From positions 286,108-350,107 of the forward strand of contig KV454011.1 in NCBI GenBank assembly GCA_001661245.1: a DNA stretch of 64,000 nucleotides, read 5' to 3'. Each line of letters begins with the position of its first letter. Position 1 is the first letter of the stretch. A model generated the notes under the pieces. It did not search any database. It was given only the letters and a program-made list of their open reading frames with translations, and was not told the origin of the DNA. The DNA is from Pachysolen tannophilus NRRL Y-2460. Taxonomy: Eukaryota. Both the position numbers and the translations under genes were made by a program. Shown here piece by piece: positions 58,759 to 64,000 of this stretch.

Positions 58759-60345
58759 ATGCCAGAATCATATCCTGAGTTTTTGAAAAGGATTAAGGTT
58801 TTTTCCATATTCTTTTTTTATTCGATACTAATTGGAATACCGATATGGTTAAATACAACATCAATTGAAAAGAGGGAATTACCAGTGAATAAATTACAAG
58901 AATTAGAAGAAGCATTTAAGATAGATTTTGATATTCCGATTATTCTAAGTTTTATGGGAACTGATTTTGATGAGAGTTTAATTAATGAGACCCAAGTTTT
59001 AATAGATGAAGAATTGGGAAAATTTAATAATGGAGGATTGATTAGTTATCATTTACAATTGAAAACCGCAGATGCTACGTTGGAGGAGGATTTGCAAACA
59101 GATGAACATCATTGTGAATTATATTTAGAGAAATCAGAAGATGAGGATAGAGTATTTGTTTCACCTTTTACGAAAAAAATGAATCTTTATGTATCGGAGC
59201 TGACTAGAGTTAATGGCAATACAAGTAAATTTATTTCAAATTTTTTGATACATGATTTATTTAAGGATGAAATTGATACGCTTTTAAAATCTGAAAAAAA
59301 TTTTGAAGCTAATAAGGAAGAAGAAAATTTTACTAGAAGTGGAAGTGCAAGTGAAAGTGGAAGTGGTACAGAAATAGATGATTTGTTAACTATATCTTAT
59401 TCACCTCATTATAAATTAGTATTTAATCTCATCAATGAAGATGGTGTTAAGATTGGATGGGATATTGAACATTCTGTCGAGAAATATTTTAAGAATTTAG
59501 TTGCACAATTGGATCGTTATGCAGATTTTTCAATTGATACTAATATACAATATTATTGTGATTTGAATATAGATGAGTCAGGGTTGACTCCTAGTGATAA
59601 TGAAGCTGGTTTTTTATTAACAAATAAAGAATTATCAACTTTTATCAATTATAACGATTGGAATTTAAACAATAATGGCTTTAACGATTATAGTCAAGTA
59701 ATCAATTTCATAGTATATATTCCAAGAGGTGATAGACCATTATTTATTGAAAATTCTAAATCAAATAGTTTTATAATACCAAAATGGGGAAGTATTCAAT
59801 TATTAAATTTAAATAAATTAAAGAAAGATTTCTTGGATGAAGTTGACTTATTACCAATTTTAGAAAATTTTTCATCAGAATTATTTTCATTATTAGGTAT
59901 ACCTGTGAAATCAGCAAGTAAAAATTTATCAATAAATATTGAATTTAAGATGAGATCAATAATTGTATCTAATTTATTAAATACTTTTAAAAATTTATCA
60001 AATTTAGTGAAATTAACCAAGAATTTGAAAAATATATCAATACCAATGGAAACTTTGGTAAATTTTGAAAAATCTTTAAAATATTATGAAACTACAATTG
60101 AATTTTTAAATGATTCTAAATTTAATAAAGCTTTAAAAGCATCTTCTTTAGCTTTATATAATTCTGATCAAGCATTTTTTGATAAAAATATGATTCAACA
60201 AGTTTATTTCCCAGATGAACATAAATTAGCAGTATATACTCCATTGATAGGTCCAATTTTAACCACTATGGCATTAAGTTTGATTAAATGTTTAAAAGAT
60301 TTTAGAAAAATCAAACAAGATATACATGATAAAAAAAAGAAATAA
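58759..60345 (+). CDS. GPI17: GPI transamidase subunit PIG-S/Gpi17
   Basis: N-terminal TM plus GIPIWLNTTSIEKRELP; SFIIPKWGSI; AFFDKNMIQQVYFPDEHKLAVYTPLIGP plus C-terminal TM. Confidence 0.92.
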   Translation: MPESYPEFLKRIKVFSIFFFYSILIGIPIWLNTTSIEKRELPVNKLQELEEAFKIDFDIPIILSFMGTDFDESLINETQVLIDEELGKFNNGGLISYHLQLKTADATLEEDLQTDEHHCELYLEKSEDEDRVFVSPFTKKMNLYVSELTRVNGNTSKFISNFLIHDLFKDEIDTLLKSEKNFEANKEEENFTRSGSASESGSGTEIDDLLTISYSPHYKLVFNLINEDGVKIGWDIEHSVEKYFKNLVAQLDRYADFSIDTNIQYYCDLNIDESGLTPSDNEAGFLLTNKELSTFINYNDWNLNNNGFNDYSQVINFIVYIPRGDRPLFIENSKSNSFIIPKWGSIQLLNLNKLKKDFLDEVDLLPILENFSSELFSLLGIPVKSASKNLSINIEFKMRSIIVSNLLNTFKNLSNLVKLTKNLKNISIPMETLVNFEKSLKYYETTIEFLNDSKFNKALKASSLALYNSDQAFFDKNMIQQVYFPDEHKLAVYTPLIGPILTTMALSLIKCLKDFRKIKQDIHDKKKK

Positions 60346-60469
60346 ATAAATAAATAATTCAAGTAATTTATAATAATAATAATAATAATAATAATAAAAT
60401 ATTTATTTTATTTTTTTTTTTCTGTTCTTAAAATATTGATTAAAACTATTTACAAATATAAAAGATTTC

Positions 60470-60862
60470 TTAATGTGATAAGTACCATCTACCTTTTAAT
60501 GATCTTCTTTTAATAATTTTTCTACCAGTTAAACTTTTCATTCTAGCTAAAAACCCTAATCTTCTCTTTCTCTTTAAAGTACTTGGCTGATAAGTATTAC
60601 CTCTATTTCCTCCTCTACCACCACCTCTTATAAACCTCTTTTGCTGTTGTTGTTGTAATAATGATAATATTGGCGATACCCTTGGATATATTTGGTTTTG
60701 AAAATTGTTAACCAGTAACAAAATCGAAACCGGTCTTGTTGTAGGATGAAGATGAAGAACAGATGAAGAAACAAAAGAATTTGAAGAAAATGATCCCAAC
60801 ATCCTATATTGAACAGCCACCAGAGGCCTCATAAGAGCCGACTTTATGATTGATGGAAACAT
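60470..60862 (-). CDS. MRX14: Mitochondrial ribosomal protein bL34m
   Basis: C-terminal [22 protein letters not shown]...GRWYLSH after a long presequence. Confidence 0.92.
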   Translation of the reverse strand: MFPSIIKSALMRPLVAVQYRMLGSFSSNSFVSSSVLHLHPTTRPVSILLLVNNFQNQIYPRVSPILSLLQQQQQKRFIRGGGRGGNRGNTYQPSTLKRKRRLGFLARMKSLTGRKIIKRRSLKGRWYLSH

Positions 60863-61092
60863 TACCCAGAATTAAAAAAAAAAAATTATTAATTTTTTAA
60901 TTAAATAATTAATTATATTTGATGTTTTTTCTCTTATTTTTCTTATTATTTTTTCATTTTGATATTTTTCACTGGTTCTCTTTCTCATGTTGAAAAAAGT
61001 GAAAAAAAATTTTTTTCACTTTTTTTTTTAATATTTCAATTTTTTTGAAATATTTGAAAATTTATATAGTTAATAGAGATTAGATTTCTATC

Positions 61093-61557
61093 ATGTCGTT
61101 TCGTCCTCAACCGGCCAGAGTGTGGCAGAATGCAATCAATACCCCAACCAAGATTAACGTTTTATCATCCGAGTCAATAGATAACGAAGAAGTACTTTTG
61201 TTACTAGATAATTATTTATCATCCGCAACTTCTTTAGATAATAACAGTATAAATAATGCCACTACAGCCACAACACTTTCGCAGTTGAAAAGGTGTCAGA
61301 GAGAATTAAGAGGGTTTCTGCCGATGTTGATGGACGATATGAGAGTTCAAAATAGTGGCAATGGTGGGAAAACACATATAAAAGATTTTAATACAACTGG
61401 ATCTAATACTAAGATAATATTTGATACTGAAGAGCTTGGACTGCAACTGGAACATACAAAGATAGATAAAGAAGAAAGAAAGAGGTTGAAGAAAGAACGT
61501 AGAAAGCAAGAGAAACTTGAAAAACTCAACAAGACTGAAGTTGAACTGGATGCTTAA
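61093..61557 (+). CDS. RPA14: RNA polymerase I subunit A14
   Basis: NTP...EEVLLLLDNYL...LSQLKRCQRELRG matches the Rpa14 pattern (NTP...DEVLQFLESFI...SQLKRIQRDFKG). Lys/Glu-rich tail; adjacent to HOM2. Confidence 0.78.
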   Translation: MSFRPQPARVWQNAINTPTKINVLSSESIDNEEVLLLLDNYLSSATSLDNNSINNATTATTLSQLKRCQRELRGFLPMLMDDMRVQNSGNGGKTHIKDFNTTGSNTKIIFDTEELGLQLEHTKIDKEERKRLKKERRKQEKLEKLNKTEVELDA

Positions 61558-62003
61558 TTTTTTTTAAAGTCAACCAAACACATCAAAGAGATATAGGTAA
61601 ATTTAAAGTGAATTAAAATTGTTACTGTTTTAAGAATAATTAATTAGGTCGTGCATAGTTGGTGATAATCTGATATGCAATCCAGCGCGCATATTGCGTA
61701 CTGTCTGCTAATATGCGTTGCGCTTATGCGTACAGCATGAAGCGTGCACATTGTTTGCGCTTTTCTCTTTTTTTTTTTGGTTCCAGCGCACGCTGTTTTA
61801 CTAATAATGCGCAACACATTGCGCGCGCAGAATACCTTAGTATAGCGCATGATATTGTAGTGTATAACATTCCAATTATTCTGTTCTTTTAAAAAAATTT
61901 TTGCTGTTTTTTGTTTGTTATTTTTTTGGAACTTCCCGATGTAGTAATTATTTCTGGATTCGTACACTATAATTTTTGTTTTTTTTACTCTTTTTGTCTG
62001 TTT

Positions 62004-62010
62004 TTACCCG
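62004..62010 (+). promoter_or_regulatory. Reb1-like site TTACCCG upstream of HOM2
   Basis: Exact match to the Reb1 consensus, about 155 bp upstream of the ATG and next to poly-T. Confidence 0.45.
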
Positions 62011-62164
62011 ATTTGGTAGCAATGACTAACTAACAAAAGTTTGTTGTGATCATATTGGAAAACTTTTCATTATAATGAGTGTTCTTACTAATATAATACT
62101 GATTGATTGATAAACTTAATTCTTTGGAATATTAAAGAGAGTGTATTATTGTTGTTGTTTCGAT

Positions 62165-63244
62165 ATGGTTAAGAAGGCTGGTGTTTTAGGTGCAACAGGT
62201 TCTGTTGGTCAGCGTTTTATCTTATTATTGTCGGAGCACCCAGATTTTGAATTATCGGTATTAGGTGCATCATCTAGATCTTGTGGTAAGAAATATAAAG
62301 ATGCAGTTACTTGGAAGCAAACTTCATTATTACCTGATGCAGCTGGTGAGATTGTAGTTCATGAGTGTGAGTATGAGAAATTTAAAGATTGTGATATTGT
62401 CTTTTCAGGTCTTGATGCAGATTTTGCTGGTCCTATTGAAAAACAATTTGTTGAAAATGGATTAGTTGTTGTTTCCAATGCTAAAAATTATAGAAGAGAA
62501 ACAGATGTACCATTGATTGTTCCTATAGTTAATGTTGAACATTTAGCAGTTATTGATGAAAAAATCAAATTATCTGAAAAAAATGGAATTAAAAAACCAG
62601 GTTTTATAGTATGTATTTCAAATTGTTCTACTGCTGGGTTAGTGGCACCTTTGAAACCTTTGATTGATTCATTTGGTCCATTAGATTTGATTACAACAAC
62701 AACACTTCAAGCTATTTCAGGTGCAGGATTTAGTCCAGGTGTTCCTGGAATTGATATCTTGGATAATATAGTACCTTATATTTCAGGAGAAGAAGAAAAA
62801 ATTGAATGGGAAACAAAAAAAATTCTTGGAAATTTCCAAGGTCAAGAATTTAAACCAGATTTCAATATAAAAGTTAGTGCTCAATGTAATAGAGTAGCTG
62901 TTTCAGATGGTCATACAGAATGTATTTCTTTTAAATTTGCAAATAGACCTGCTCCTTCTTTAGAACAAGTTAAACAATGTTTGAAAAATTATGTTTGTGA
63001 TGCATATAAATTAGGTTGTCATTCTGCTCCAAAACAAACCATCCATGTCTTGGAACAAAATGATAGACCACAACCAAGATTAGATAGAGAAAGAGATAAT
63101 GGGTATGGTGTAAGTGTTGGAAGAATTAGAGAAGATCCTATATTGGATTTCAAAATGGTTGTATTATCTCATAATACAGTTATTGGAGCTGCCGGTGCTG
63201 GTATTTTGATTGGAGAAATCTTGATTAAAAAGAACTTGATCTAA
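62165..63244 (+). CDS. HOM2: Aspartate-semialdehyde dehydrogenase
   Basis: Motifs AGVLGATGSVGQRF, ISNCSTAG, LQAISGAG, SAQCNRVAVSDGHTEC, LSHNTVIGAAG. Confidence 0.97.
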   Translation: MVKKAGVLGATGSVGQRFILLLSEHPDFELSVLGASSRSCGKKYKDAVTWKQTSLLPDAAGEIVVHECEYEKFKDCDIVFSGLDADFAGPIEKQFVENGLVVVSNAKNYRRETDVPLIVPIVNVEHLAVIDEKIKLSEKNGIKKPGFIVCISNCSTAGLVAPLKPLIDSFGPLDLITTTTLQAISGAGFSPGVPGIDILDNIVPYISGEEEKIEWETKKILGNFQGQEFKPDFNIKVSAQCNRVAVSDGHTECISFKFANRPAPSLEQVKQCLKNYVCDAYKLGCHSAPKQTIHVLEQNDRPQPRLDRERDNGYGVSVGRIREDPILDFKMVVLSHNTVIGAAGAGILIGEILIKKNLI

Positions 63245-63484
63245 AAAAATAGTTATATATCTATATATCTATATATCTATATACATATATATATCTTAGT
63301 TAGTACGTTATCGCAATTATGTATTTCTTATCGTTATTTATTTATGTAGTTGTAAAAAGGTCAAAAAAAAAAAAAAGATTTGAAATGAGATGAGATTTAA
63401 TTTAAAAAGAAAAAACATAGCCATTTGTAAGATATATAATTCAATTTAAAAATAATTTTTTTTTTAATAAGAGGAAGGCGGAAG

Positions 63485-64000
63485 ATGATACCATCGGACA
63501 ATTTGGATAAGATATCGTTCAAGACAAAGACCATTAGTTGGAATGGAAATAATTCGGTGAATAATATATTACTTCAAAATGAAAACGGACCATGTTTCTT
63601 GATATCATTAGTAAATTCATTAATTTTATCTAGAGAATTAAAATCTTATGATTCTAATGGATTCCCAGCTTTAAATTCAAGTAATGAAGATGATGAATTG
63701 GTTCCATTAAAATCATTACTCACAGCTAAAAATGTGAAACTTGTTGATTTATTGAATGAACTTTCATTATTATTACTACAATTAAATAATGATGATGGCG
63801 GTAATGAAATCTTGGATATATCTTCCATATTAAATCGATTGCAATATCTTCATACTGGAATTAATATAAATCCATCAGTGAATGATCCAATTGTTAATCT
63901 TGCCAATGATGAAGTATTGAAAATATGCAACCATCTTGGGTTAAAAGTTATACATGGATGGTTAATCGATCAAGATAATAATGCTAATGAAGATGATATC
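63485..64000 (+). CDS. MINDY-family deubiquitinase (Miy1/Miy2-like), truncated by the window end
   Basis: Manual translation MIPSDNLDKISFKTKTISWNG...ILLQNENGPCFLISLVNSLIL...LHTGININPS...VIHGWLID, open to the window end. QNENGPC and HGW are MINDY signatures. Confidence 0.88.
   Translation, partial: MIPSDNLDKISFKTKTISWNGNNSVNNILLQNENGPCFLISLVNSLILSRELKSYDSNGFPALNSSNEDDELVPLKSLLTAKNVKLVDLLNELSLLLLQLNNDDGGNEILDISSILNRLQYLHTGININPSVNDPIVNLANDEVLKICNHLGLKVIHGWLIDQDNNANEDDI

Noticed and set aside
62022..62141. Possible 5' UTR intron of HOM2 (GACTAACTAAC and TACTAAT branch-like words)
   Set aside because: No convincing donor site upstream, and the CDS is complete from ATG 62165.

Overview
AT-rich, gene-dense eukaryotic DNA from a budding yeast (Saccharomycotina). 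It holds about 31 protein-coding genes, a few short spliceosomal introns (GT[A/G][A/T]GT donor, (T/G/A)ACTAAC branch, TAG acceptor) and one 469-nt assembly gap. I saw no tRNA, rRNA, transposon or CRISPR signal. The main observation is that CTG codons sit at positions that are conserved alanines in well-known proteins (PHB1 'AQQDAER[CTG]KF', KAS/CEM1 'GSVE[CTG]IF', ARG81 'FIAGSE[CTG]'). This points to the rare CUG=Ala nuclear code of the Pachysolen/Nakazawaea/Peterozyma group, so the supplied ORF translations are probably wrong at every CTG. Other points: a divergent KTR-family mannosyltransferase whose membrane anchor is out of frame at an A11 run, an intron-containing BCAS3-like beta-propeller gene, a securin recognisable only from its KEN and D boxes, a MINDY deubiquitinase missing from the ORF track, and several gene neighbourhoods shared with S. 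cerevisiae. Orthology calls rest on motif recognition from memory, not on database searches.
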